A stretch of 64,000 nucleotides of DNA from Planctomycetota bacterium. Its GTDB lineage: Bacteria; Planctomycetota; UBA1135; UBA2386. A model generated the notes under the pieces. It was not told the origin of the DNA. It ran no database searches and worked only from the letters and a program-made list of their open reading frames with translations. The translations under genes and the position numbers were made by a program. Of this stretch, positions 51,673 to 61,781 are shown in pieces. The stretch's first letter is position 1. Each line of letters starts with the position of its first letter. The stretch is from the NCBI GenBank assembly GCA_965228735.1, contig OZ245838.1, forward strand, positions 5,184,001 to 5,248,000, in the 5' to 3' direction.

Positions 51673-52389
51673 ATGAGGAAGAGGGACCCCCGAACCGTGC
51701 GATTCGAGTTCAAGCAGGAACTCGACTGGCTCTTGGATCACTACGATCGGATGCAGACCCACGTCGAGGCGGGGGACCCGAAGCACCGCTTGCACGACCG
51801 GGGGCAGTTGGCGTGCTCGACTTTCATCGCCGCCTTCACCGAGTTCGAGGGTTTCCTGTCGAACCTGTTTCTGGCCTACCTCAACAAGGACTTCTCGGTC
51901 TACCGGACGTGGCTCAAGACTCGCTTCGACACCTCGGTGAAGGGGAAGTTCGGTGTCGGTGTCCTGAGTCGGGCTGCCCTCAAGATCCCCGAGCATGTGA
52001 GCCTCTCGGGCGTCCGAGATATCGTGGACTCCGACGGTTGGAATCTGACCTTCAAGAACGCCGATGCGATGATCGACCGTGCGAAGGAGTGGCTTGCGAC
52101 GCCGCACGCCAACCGAGTCAGTTCCCTCGATGCCCATGACAAGCGCCTCTTCGACACCGCGATTGCGATTCGGAACTACATCGCTCACGGCAGCGACAAC
52201 GCTCACGTCGTGATGAACAAGAAGCTAGCGACGGTGGACGGGGGTGGGCCAAACGCTGGGCTTGGTCGGGGGAGTCGGCAAATCAACGATGCCGGGAAGT
52301 TCTTGAAGAAGCAGGTCTGGTCGCGCGGTGGCGATCGGATGTGCTCCTTCTACTTGGAGCGGTTGGAAGCGATCTCGCAGAAGCTCTGA
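51673..52389 (+). CDS. HEPN-domain protein
   Basis: FTEFEGFL helix and RNYIAH (Rx4H); AGGAG SD. Confidence 0.8.
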   Translation: MRKRDPRTVRFEFKQELDWLLDHYDRMQTHVEAGDPKHRLHDRGQLACSTFIAAFTEFEGFLSNLFLAYLNKDFSVYRTWLKTRFDTSVKGKFGVGVLSRAALKIPEHVSLSGVRDIVDSDGWNLTFKNADAMIDRAKEWLATPHANRVSSLDAHDKRLFDTAIAIRNYIAHGSDNAHVVMNKKLATVDGGGPNAGLGRGSRQINDAGKFLKKQVWSRGGDRMCSFYLERLEAISQKL

Positions 52390-52431
52390 GCGTGGAGCCA
52401 TGCGGGGCGCAGTCCCCGGTTGTCGGCGTCC

Positions 52432-52526
52432 TCATGCCGCCAACAACCTCTCGATGGCCCCGCGATCGAGCCTCGCGGCGCCCTCTACGAACCGTTCAAT
52501 CCGTGTCCCGTTGGTCCGACCATTCT
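52432..52526 (-). other. Right att arm of layer B encoding an alternative LSR C-terminal tail
   Basis: NGRTNGTRIERFVEGAARLDRGAIERLLAA*; NGR is encoded by the att core in the same frame as in the LSR. Confidence 0.75.
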
Positions 52527-53529
52527 CAGATTTGAGCTGTTCGATTTTCGCGATGGTGCGCGAGGGTTCGTTGGCACCGCCTTGGCGGTTAGCTTCCACG
52601 AGGTTCAACGGCTGCTCGCTCATACGGATCGAGTGATGCCGCCGTCTACTCGGATGTTCTGTCCGGTGATGTAGCCGCCTCCTTCGGAGGCCAAAAACGC
52701 GATCACGTCGGCGACCTCCTCCGACTTCCCGTAACGCCCCATCGGGATTCGATCCTTGAACTCGGCCTTCTCGGGCAGGCTGTCGATGAACCCGGGGAGG
52801 ACGTTGTTCATGCGGATGTTGTCGGGGGCATACCTGTCAGCAAAGAGTTTCGTGAACGCCGCCAATCCGGCCCGGAAGACTCCCGACGTCGGAAACACCG
52901 GGTCGGGCTCGAACGCCGCAAACGTGGAGATGTTGATGATCGCGCCGCTCCGCTGCTGCTGCATGACCGGTGTCACCAGCCGAGTCGGGCGAACCACGTT
53001 CAGAAAGTAGACTTCCAGTCCGGTGTGCCAGTCCTCGTCGGATAGATCGAGAACCGGTGCTCTTGGGCCGTGCCCGGCGCTGTTCACGAGCACGTCGATT
53101 CGGCCCCATCGCTCGACCGACTCATCGACGAGCCTCTTGAGATCGCTCTCAGACTGATTGGAGCCGGTGACACCGATGCCTCCCAGTTCGGCGGCAAGTG
53201 CCTCGCCCTTGCCGGATGACGAAAGCACTCCGACGTAGAAGCCGTCAGCGGCCAGTCTTCGTGCGGCAGCTGCTCCCATGCCGCTGCCGCCTGCCGTTAT
53301 GATCGCTACCTTGTTGTTACTCATGCTCAGGACTTCGCTTCGAGTTCGGAATCGTCCGTCGGGTGATGCGGACCCTACTCCTTGGCCGTGCCGCAGCAGG
53401 CGACCTGCCGAGCTTTTCTGATCCAGAGGGTTCGGTCACGCTGCCAGCAACCTCCCGATGACGGCGCGATCAAGGCGCGCCGCACCAGCCAGGAAGAGTT
53501 CAATCCTCGTCCCGTCTGTCCGACCATTC
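52515..53529. mobile_element. Layer C: ~1-kb remnant of a related element
   Basis: Third core tccgaccattc at 53519-53529, preceded by a diverged copy of the same arm (NGRTDGTRIELFLAGAARLDRAVIGRLLAA*). Confidence 0.7.
52620..53324 (-). CDS. SDR-family oxidoreductase
   Basis: TAGGSGMG, LVNSAG, NNVLPG, YITGQNIRVDGG. Confidence 0.93.
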   Translation of the reverse strand: MSNNKVAIITAGGSGMGAAAARRLAADGFYVGVLSSSGKGEALAAELGGIGVTGSNQSESDLKRLVDESVERWGRIDVLVNSAGHGPRAPVLDLSDEDWHTGLEVYFLNVVRPTRLVTPVMQQQRSGAIINISTFAAFEPDPVFPTSGVFRAGLAAFTKLFADRYAPDNIRMNNVLPGFIDSLPEKAEFKDRIPMGRYGKSEEVADVIAFLASEGGGYITGQNIRVDGGITRSV

Positions 53530-53667
53530 ATCTTGCTGTTGGGTAAGAGCTTGAGGCGGAGGTCGGACCCCTGGTGCCGTCGGACCTCTCTGCGTCCGTC
53601 AGTGGGTTCTGGAGCAGCCCCGTGGCGAACTGGCATTGCCGGGCCTTAAGGCGATTCGTCGCGCTGC

Positions 53668-53718
53668 TTGATCACGGCGAGCTTTGGCCTAGGATGCGGA
53701 TATGCAGATAAGCGCATC
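53668..53718 (+). promoter_or_regulatory. Putative ars promoter and ArsR operator
   Basis: TTGATC-16 nt-TAGGAT, 6 nt before the ATG; imperfect 26-bp IR gatgcg..tat....ata..cgcatc at 53693-53718. Confidence 0.55.
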
Positions 53719-54069
53719 TCCAGATGCCACCCTCGCGGCCACGTTCAAGGCGGTTGCTGACCCGACTCGGGTGCGCATCCTCGCGACGATCCTCGCTGCG
53801 GGCGAGCTCTGCGTCTGCCATGTGGAGGCCGCACTCGGGATCACGCAGTCTCGCGCCTCTCGTCACCTCGCCACGCTGCGGCGAGAGGGGCTGATCGTCG
53901 ATCGGCGGGACGGCGCGTGGGTGCACTACAGCGTTCCAGAACCGAGAGATCCGGCTGTTCGGTCCATCCTCGCTGCCGTGCGGGAGTCGGTGAGTACGGA
54001 TCCCGAGGTCCAGGCGGCCGCGGCGCGCGCGGCCTCCTTGCGGGACGGGGACGACTGCGGAGGAATGCG

Positions 54070-54073
<4 letters not shown>
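53702..54073 (+). CDS. arsR: ArsR/SmtB repressor
   Basis: [23 protein letters not shown]. Confidence 0.93.
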
Positions 54074-55202
<1,129 letters not shown>

Positions 55203-55206
<4 letters not shown>

Positions 55207-55850
55207 CCACGGCGTCCGAAGGTCGGAGTTTCGAGGTGCTCGCGGACTACGTCGCAGCCCGCCTCGGAGAGTCGGATCTCATCGCTGCCACGCGCCAGGA
55301 AGAGCTCATGACGCTCGTCGAGACGATCGCGACACAGCTCGACATGCACGGCGCCGTGGACCTGGTCTTCATCTGCACGCACAACTCGCGTCGCAGCCAG
55401 TTCGGCCAGGTGTGGGCGGCGCTTGCGGCCGAACACTTCGCCGTGGCCGGGGTGCGCACCTGGTCGGGCGGGACGGAGGTCACGGCCTTCGCGCCACCCG
55501 CCGTCTCGGCGCTCGCCCGCGCCGGGCTGCAGGTCGAGAAGGAGACGGAGGGATCGAACCCGATCTACCTGGTCGAGCCGGGCCAGGCTCGGGCTCCGAT
55601 GCGGTGCTGGTCGAAGCGGTTCGACGACTCCCCGAACCCCAACACCAACTTCGTGGCGGTCATGACCTGTTCGACGGCTCATGAAGCGTGTCCTTTGGTC
55701 CGTGGTGCGGCGCACCGGGTGGCGATCACCTACGAGGACCCGAAACTCCATGATGGGAGTCCACGCGAAGCGGCTACGCACGACGAACGATGCCGGCAGA
55801 TCGCGCGTGAGATGCTGTTCGTGTTCGAGCGGCTGGCTGCGAGTCGCTGA
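55203..55850 (+). CDS. LMW-PTP-fold protein (arsenate reductase-like)
   Basis: [12 protein letters not shown]-loop, SGGTE, MTC...ACP, YEDP. Confidence 0.88.
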
Positions 55851-56106
55851 CGCTGCGCTCGATGACCGCCGGCTCGGCTGGTCACGGCCGCTCTCGCGTG
55901 GTCGCGCGACTACCACGAAACACGCGAGAGCCTGGGAGATCAGGGGCGACCGGTTGCGACTCCAGGCGAGGACGTCAACCTCTGTGGACACCTCAGCTCC
56001 GTCTGCTTCGACGAGATGCGGCAACAGTCAGACCGCGTCCCCGGACGCTTGCTTCGGCTCACCCGCGGCACCCCGCGCCTGCGGCACGTCGGCCATGCCG
56101 TGAGTC

Positions 56107-56982
56107 TCAACGGGGACGAACGGTCGGGGCTTCGTCGCGGTCGCTGTGGTTCGTCAATTGACGGCGCGCCGACCCGTCCGCATTCATCACCCAGATATCG
56201 TAGTCATGGGGTCCGGTGCCGGCGCAGTAGACGAGGCGGGTCCCGTCGTCCGTCCAGCCTGGTTGGTAGCACTCGATGGCGTCTTGCGTGATGTTCTCGA
56301 GGTTGCTGCCGTCGACTTCGACGCGGAAGATGTCGAACGTCTCGCCGACGCTGCCGTGGAACGCGATGTGGCGGCCGTCGGGGGACCAGGATGGCGCGCC
56401 GTCGAAACCCGGGCGCTGCGTGATGCGTCGATCGGTCGCCGTCGCGAGGTCGTGGATGAAGATCTCCCCATCTCCCTTGCCCTTGGCGCCGCCGACCATG
56501 CGCGCGAACACGAGGCATTCGCCGTCCGGCGACCATTCGGGAGACTCTTCGTAGACCGTGTTGTTCGTCAACCGCTGCACGTCACTGCCATCGGCGTTCA
56601 TCAAGTAGATCTCGCGCGACTCGTGGTCGCGATCCGAGACGAACGCGAGCCGTCGTCCATCGGGGGACCACGCCGGTTGGCCGTCGTTGCCGGGATGCCT
56701 GGTCACGTTGACCACGTTGCTCCCGTCCGAAGCCATGATGAAGACCTCGTTGTTGCCTGTCCGCGTGGACGTGAACGCGATGCGCGTGCCGTCGGGCGAC
56801 CAAGCCGGTTGGCGGTCGAGCTTCGGATGATGCGTCAAGTTGCGGAACGACCCGTCGGTTCCGGCCCGGACGTAGATCTCATGGTTGCCATCGCGCGTCG
56901 TCACGAACGCCAGGTCCCGCAGGCCGGTGGTCGCGCACGAGCCGAGGAGCGCCAGGAGAGACAGGAGCAGGAGATGTCGCAT
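56107..56982 (-). CDS. TolB-like PD40 beta-propeller lipoprotein
   Basis: Lipobox LGSC; repeated PAWSPDG..IAF. Confidence 0.92.
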   Translation of the reverse strand: MRHLLLLSLLALLGSCATTGLRDLAFVTTRDGNHEIYVRAGTDGSFRNLTHHPKLDRQPAWSPDGTRIAFTSTRTGNNEVFIMASDGSNVVNVTRHPGNDGQPAWSPDGRRLAFVSDRDHESREIYLMNADGSDVQRLTNNTVYEESPEWSPDGECLVFARMVGGAKGKGDGEIFIHDLATATDRRITQRPGFDGAPSWSPDGRHIAFHGSVGETFDIFRVEVDGSNLENITQDAIECYQPGWTDDGTRLVYCAGTGPHDYDIWVMNADGSARRQLTNHSDRDEAPTVRPR

Positions 56983-57170
56983 GTGCTGTGGAGGCGCCCG
57001 GAGGACGCGGAGTCGACAACGGTAACGTGCGGTCTCGATGCGGAGAGACTCTCGTCGCGATTCGGCGAATACTCACGTTGCCAGCGGCAGGCCCCTGCGC
57101 TGAAGGATCGACCCAGCGAGCTGCCTGGCCGCGGCCACCGGACTCGAGTGCCGCGGGGCTCGATTCGAAC

Positions 57171-57719
57171 TCAGTCCCTCGCGCTGCCGTCGAGCCGGGC
57201 AAGCAGCTCTCGTGCGGCCGGGGCGTCGAGGCGTGATGCGTTCTCCCTGGCATTGCGCTCCGCGATGCGCTGTCCGGCCCTTACCAGGTCCAGCGCCGCG
57301 TCGAGGTCCGCACGCACGGAGGCCTTGATGTGCTCGCGACACGCCCGCAGGCGAGACTCGGCGTCGCGAGCGAGGAGTGTGACCGCGACGGGCGCCGCCG
57401 TCGCCTCGCGCCAGGCATCGCGGACCCGGAGCCCGCGCTGGGCGTCGCCTCGAGGAAGACGGAGGGCTTCGAGCAACTCGCCGAAGACGGCGCAATCGGC
57501 CCCGAACGCTGGCAGCAGACCCTGGAGCAGGTCATCGAGCTGCCTGCGAGCCTGATCCAGGTGGTCGCCGGCGTTCGAGATGTCGATCACCTTGAGCCCG
57601 AGCCCAACGCCCATGGTGATGGAAACAACGGCAGCGGCGCCACCCGCGGGCAACGACTGGTTGCCAGCGAACGCCGCAGCGAGCCTGCGGAAGGCCGCGT
57701 CGACTTCTGATTCGATCAT
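57171..57719 (-). CDS. Cyclodeaminase/cyclohydrolase (FTCD C-terminal) family protein
   Basis: PAGGAAA, D...F..L..ALRLP, AT.AP, D..AA....AG...A..N. Confidence 0.75.
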   Translation of the reverse strand: MIESEVDAAFRRLAAAFAGNQSLPAGGAAAVVSITMGVGLGLKVIDISNAGDHLDQARRQLDDLLQGLLPAFGADCAVFGELLEALRLPRGDAQRGLRVRDAWREATAAPVAVTLLARDAESRLRACREHIKASVRADLDAALDLVRAGQRIAERNARENASRLDAPAARELLARLDGSARD

Positions 57720-57859
57720 TCCGGCAGCAATGTGGGTTGCGTCCAACGGTTGAGGTGCCCGCTCGCGATGGCAAGCGAATTACTGCACTCCTTGCCGAGC
57801 CCGGACCGCCGCGGGCCCGGCCTCTGTTCGCCACCTCCGTGAGGTTCTACCGTGGACGG

Positions 57860-59551
57860 ATGCGCCGGGTCCTGTTCAGCGTGTTGGTGGCATGCGCCAA
57901 CGTTCCCGCCCAAGATCGCATCAGCGGTCGCGCGTTCGCGACGCGTTCACCCGTGCTCGCGAAGAACGCGATGGCCGCAACGAGTCACCCGCTCGCGACG
58001 CAGATCGCGCTCGACGTCATGCGGCAGGGCGGCAACGCGATCGACGCGGCGATCGCGGCCAATGCCGCGCTCGGCCTCATGGAGCCGACGGGTTGTGGCA
58101 TCGGCGGTGATCTGTTCGCGATCGTCTGGGACAGCAAGACATCTCGTCTCTACGGCCTCAACGGGAGCGGGCGGTCGCCGCGGTCGCTCACGGCTGCGGA
58201 GTTCGAGGAGCGCGGGCTCGAACGCATCCCGAAGTACGGACCGCTCCCCGTCAGCGTGCCGGGCTGCGTCGACGGCTGGTTCGAACTGCACGAACGCTTC
58301 GGCTCGCTGCCGATCGCCGATGTGCTCGCGCCGGCGATCGGGTATGCGCGCGACGGCTTCCCGGTCACGCAGCTGATCGCGCACTACTGGAACCTGTCGG
58401 CGCCGCGATTGTCGCAGTATCCGGGCTTCGCGGAGCAGATGACGATCGACGGGCGGGCGCCGCGCGAGGGCGAGCTCTGGCGCAACGTCAATCTCGCCCG
58501 CACGTACGAGCGGCTCGCCGAAGGCGGTCGCGACGCGTTCTACCGCGGTGACATCGCGCGCGAGATCGCCGCGTTCATGGCGGAGCACGGCGGCTACCTG
58601 ACGTTCGAGGACCTCGACGCGCACCGCTCGGAATGGGTCGAGCCGGTCTCCGTCGACTACCGCGGCTATCGCCTCTGGGAGCTGCCGCCGAACGGCCAGG
58701 GCATCGCGGCGCTGCAGATCCTCGGGATCCTCGAAGGCTTCGACATCGGCGCGATGGGGTTCGGCAGCGTCGATCACGTGCACCACTTCGTCGAGGCCAA
58801 GAAGCTCGCGTTCGAGGACCGCGCGCGGTTCTACGCGGACCCGACGTTCGGCGAGGTCCCGGTCGAGCAGCTGATCAGCGAGGGCTACGCGAAGAAGCGG
58901 CGCGCGCGGATCGATCCGGAGCGCGCGGGGCGCAGCTACCCGCCCGGCAATCCCGCGCTCGAGAAGGGCGACACGATCTACCTCTGCACGGCGGACCAAC
59001 ACGGCAACATGGTGTCGCTGATCCAGAGCAACTACCGCGGGATGGGCAGCGGGATGACGCCGACGGGTCTCGGCTTCGTGCTGCAGGATCGCGGCGAGCT
59101 GTTCGATCTGACACCCGGGCGGCCCAACAGCTACGCGCCGGGCAAGCGCCCGTTCCACACGATCATCCCCGCGTTCCTGACCAAGGACGGCGCACCGCTG
59201 TTCGCGTTCGGGGTCATGGGCGGCGCCACGCAGCCGCAGGCCCACGCGCAGGTCGTGATGAACCTCGTCGACTTCGGGATGAACGTGCAGGAAGCGGGCG
59301 ACGCGCCGCGCATCCTGCATTCGGGTTCGTCGCAGCCGACCGGTGAACGCATGGACGACGGCGGCATCGTGCAGCTCGAGTCGGGGATGACCCAGTGGGA
59401 GGTCGTGCGGGCGTTGATCGGTCGCGGGCACGACGTGCGCTGGAATCGGGGGTCGTACGGCGGCTACCAGGGGATCTGGCGCGACCCGACGACCGGCGTC
59501 TACCGCGGCGCTTCGGAGTCGAGGAAAGACGGGCAGGCGGCGGGGTTCTGA
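57860..59551 (+). CDS. ggt: Gamma-glutamyltransferase
   Basis: GGNAIDAAIA, GIGGD, PPNGQG, GDT nucleophile site, PGKRPFHT, GVMGG. Confidence 0.95.
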   Translation: MRRVLFSVLVACANVPAQDRISGRAFATRSPVLAKNAMAATSHPLATQIALDVMRQGGNAIDAAIAANAALGLMEPTGCGIGGDLFAIVWDSKTSRLYGLNGSGRSPRSLTAAEFEERGLERIPKYGPLPVSVPGCVDGWFELHERFGSLPIADVLAPAIGYARDGFPVTQLIAHYWNLSAPRLSQYPGFAEQMTIDGRAPREGELWRNVNLARTYERLAEGGRDAFYRGDIAREIAAFMAEHGGYLTFEDLDAHRSEWVEPVSVDYRGYRLWELPPNGQGIAALQILGILEGFDIGAMGFGSVDHVHHFVEAKKLAFEDRARFYADPTFGEVPVEQLISEGYAKKRRARIDPERAGRSYPPGNPALEKGDTIYLCTADQHGNMVSLIQSNYRGMGSGMTPTGLGFVLQDRGELFDLTPGRPNSYAPGKRPFHTIIPAFLTKDGAPLFAFGVMGGATQPQAHAQVVMNLVDFGMNVQEAGDAPRILHSGSSQPTGERMDDGGIVQLESGMTQWEVVRALIGRGHDVRWNRGSYGGYQGIWRDPTTGVYRGASESRKDGQAAGF

Positions 59552-59598
59552 AGGGTGAGTTTGGTGGAATGGACTGCCGGTATCGTCGTCACAACGGC

Positions 59599-59900
59599 AT
59601 GAAGCGCCTGCTCTCCGCGTTGCTGCTCTGCGCAGCCTGCGCCACACCCGCCATCGACCGCGCAGAAGGGGCCGATGGCGGAGGCGGCCTGCGCTCCAGG
59701 TCGTCAGGCTCGAGCATGCTCGCGCCGCGGCCGTGGCCGAGGGGCTGCGCGCGGCCCCGATCACGCAACCGGCGAGCGCCGCCGGCTTCCGGGTCGCCGT
59801 GGATCCGGATCAGAACGCCGTGGTCCTCAGTGGCTCGGCCGAGCAGATTCAGGAGGCCATGGCGATCGTGGCTCGGCTCGACGCCCAATCCGGGCGCTAG
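59599..59900 (+). pseudogene. Frameshifted small lipoprotein with secretin-N/NolW-like domain
   Basis: [14 protein letters not shown] signal; after a 1-nt shift near 59685, [16 protein letters not shown]...[30 protein letters not shown]. Confidence 0.7.
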
Positions 59901-60064
59901 CGCGGCGGGCGGCGCGCCAACGCCAGGCCCTGCCAGGAATGTGGTTGGATTCGACGTGGTCAAGGCCCAGTTGCCTGGGCGTTGCGCGACCGCTCTGCTG
60001 TCGGGCTCTCTGCTGTCGGGCTATGGGGGCGATCAGCCGATCGTCACCGGATCCTTCATCGCTC

Positions 60065-61534
60065 GTGACCATCCCGTTCGACAATTCGTACGCGCGTCTG
60101 CCGGAGCGCTTCTATGCCCGGCTCGCGCCGACGGCGGTGAGCGATCCCGGGCTGATCCAGGTGAACACCGCGTTGGCCGCCGAGCTCGGCCTCGATGCGA
60201 CCTGGCTCGCGAGCGCCGACGGCGTGGCCGCGCTCGCCGGCAATCACGTTCCCGCGGGGGCCGAGCCGCTCGCGCAGGCCTACGCGGGCCATCAGTTCGG
60301 CGGTTTCGTACCGCAGCTCGGTGACGGGCGCGCGATCCTGCTCGGCGAGGTCGTCGATCAGAGCGGGCAACGGCGGGATGTGCAGCTCAAGGGTGCGGGC
60401 CCCACACCGTTCTCGCGTGGCGGCGATGGCCGGAACTGGATCGGGCCCGTGCTGCGGGAGTACGTGTTGAGCGAGGCGATGCACGCGCTCGCCGTGCCGA
60501 CGACGCGCGCGTTGGCGGCCGTCACGACGGGCGACGTGGTGTATCGCGAACGGCCCGTGCCCGGCGCGGTGTTGACACGCGTCGCGAGCTCGCACGTTCG
60601 AGTCGGCACGTTCCAGTTCTTCGCGGCGAGGCGGGACAAGGAAGCGCTGCAGGCGTTGTTCGAGTTCGTCGTCGCGCGGCACTACCCCGACGTCGGGACA
60701 CCGCTCGAGTTCGTCGAGGCGGTGGTCGAACGGCAGGCGCGGCTCGTGGCCAGGTGGCTCGGGCTCGGGTTCATCCACGGGGTGATGAACACCGACAACG
60801 TCGCCGTCAGCGGCGAGACGATCGACTACGGGCCGTGCGCGTTCCTCGACGCGTTCCACCCGCTGAAGGTCTACTCCTCGATCGATCGCAACGGCCGCTA
60901 CGCCTACGGCCGACAGCCCGAGGTGATGGTCTGGAACCTCGCGCAGCTGCTGTCCGCGCTGCTGCCGCTGATCGACGACGACGAAGATGTGGCAGTGGCG
61001 GCTGCCACGCCCGTCGTCGAACGCGCGCCGGCCGCGATGGATGCGGCCTGGCTCGCGGAGTTCCGGCGCAAGCTCGGGCTCGTCGTGGTCGAGGGCACGA
61101 GCGATCTGGCGCACGACGATGCCGTGCTGATTCGTGCGTTGCTGAACGTGATGTCGACCGCCGAGGCGGACTTCACCAACACGTTCCGGGCGCTGCCGGA
61201 CCGGGCCGCGGCGAAGGCGCACTTCAGCAAGTCATCGACGGAGGTCGTCACCGAGTTCGATCGCTGGTTCGACCAGTGGACGCAGCGACTGCGGGCGCAG
61301 GGCGACGATCCGGAGGCGATCCGGTCGCGTCTGCATGCGACCAACCCGCGGGTCATCCCGCGGAACCACCGGGTCGAAGCCGCGATCCAGGCCGGACTCG
61401 ACGGCGACTTCGCGGTGTTCGAACGCCTCCTCGGAGTCTGCACCCGGCCGTTCGCGAACGACCCGGACTCCGAGGATCTCGAGCTGCCGCCGCAGCCCCA
61501 CGAGGTGGTGACGCAGACGTTCTGCGGCACGTGA
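60065..61534 (+). CDS. selO: Protein adenylyltransferase SelO/YdiU
   Basis: [37 protein letters not shown], terminal TFCGT. Confidence 0.95.
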   Translation: MTIPFDNSYARLPERFYARLAPTAVSDPGLIQVNTALAAELGLDATWLASADGVAALAGNHVPAGAEPLAQAYAGHQFGGFVPQLGDGRAILLGEVVDQSGQRRDVQLKGAGPTPFSRGGDGRNWIGPVLREYVLSEAMHALAVPTTRALAAVTTGDVVYRERPVPGAVLTRVASSHVRVGTFQFFAARRDKEALQALFEFVVARHYPDVGTPLEFVEAVVERQARLVARWLGLGFIHGVMNTDNVAVSGETIDYGPCAFLDAFHPLKVYSSIDRNGRYAYGRQPEVMVWNLAQLLSALLPLIDDDEDVAVAAATPVVERAPAAMDAAWLAEFRRKLGLVVVEGTSDLAHDDAVLIRALLNVMSTAEADFTNTFRALPDRAAAKAHFSKSSTEVVTEFDRWFDQWTQRLRAQGDDPEAIRSRLHATNPRVIPRNHRVEAAIQAGLDGDFAVFERLLGVCTRPFANDPDSEDLELPPQPHEVVTQTFCGT

Positions 61535-61781
61535 CCCGTCTCGGACAAGCCGCTTCGGATAAGGTCCTCCAGGTTTGTTGGCGAATTCGCAAGTGATTGT
61601 GCGGCAGCGTTTAAGGGCCTTCGCCTCAGGTGTGTTGGGCGGCCTCTCTTAAGGTGCGGGCGTACTCGAGGTGAGCTCCCGCCCGGGTAGCTCAGCGTCG
61701 CGGCCGCGGGTCCCCTCCGGCGGTCGCGGCGCCCTTCATCACCCGGTTTCGCCGTTCCCCACGAGATGCCGGATGGGCGAG

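Larger units (their letters stand above)
38912..52526. mobile_element. Integrative element layer B (~13.6 kb)
   Basis: 12-bp direct repeat tccgaccattct at 38912-38923 and 52515-52526, with the LSR abutting the left copy. Confidence 0.85.

Noticed and set aside
57947..59764. Long alternative ORFs (also 1270-2304, 24177-25205, 26356-27465, 34176-35534, 38325-39698, 43502-44566, 61671-63458)
   Set aside because: Antisense shadows of well-supported genes, expected in high-GC DNA
61520..61600. Selenocysteine read-through in selO
   Set aside because: The protein ends TFCGT with Cys, the usual terminus; the TGA is a plain stop
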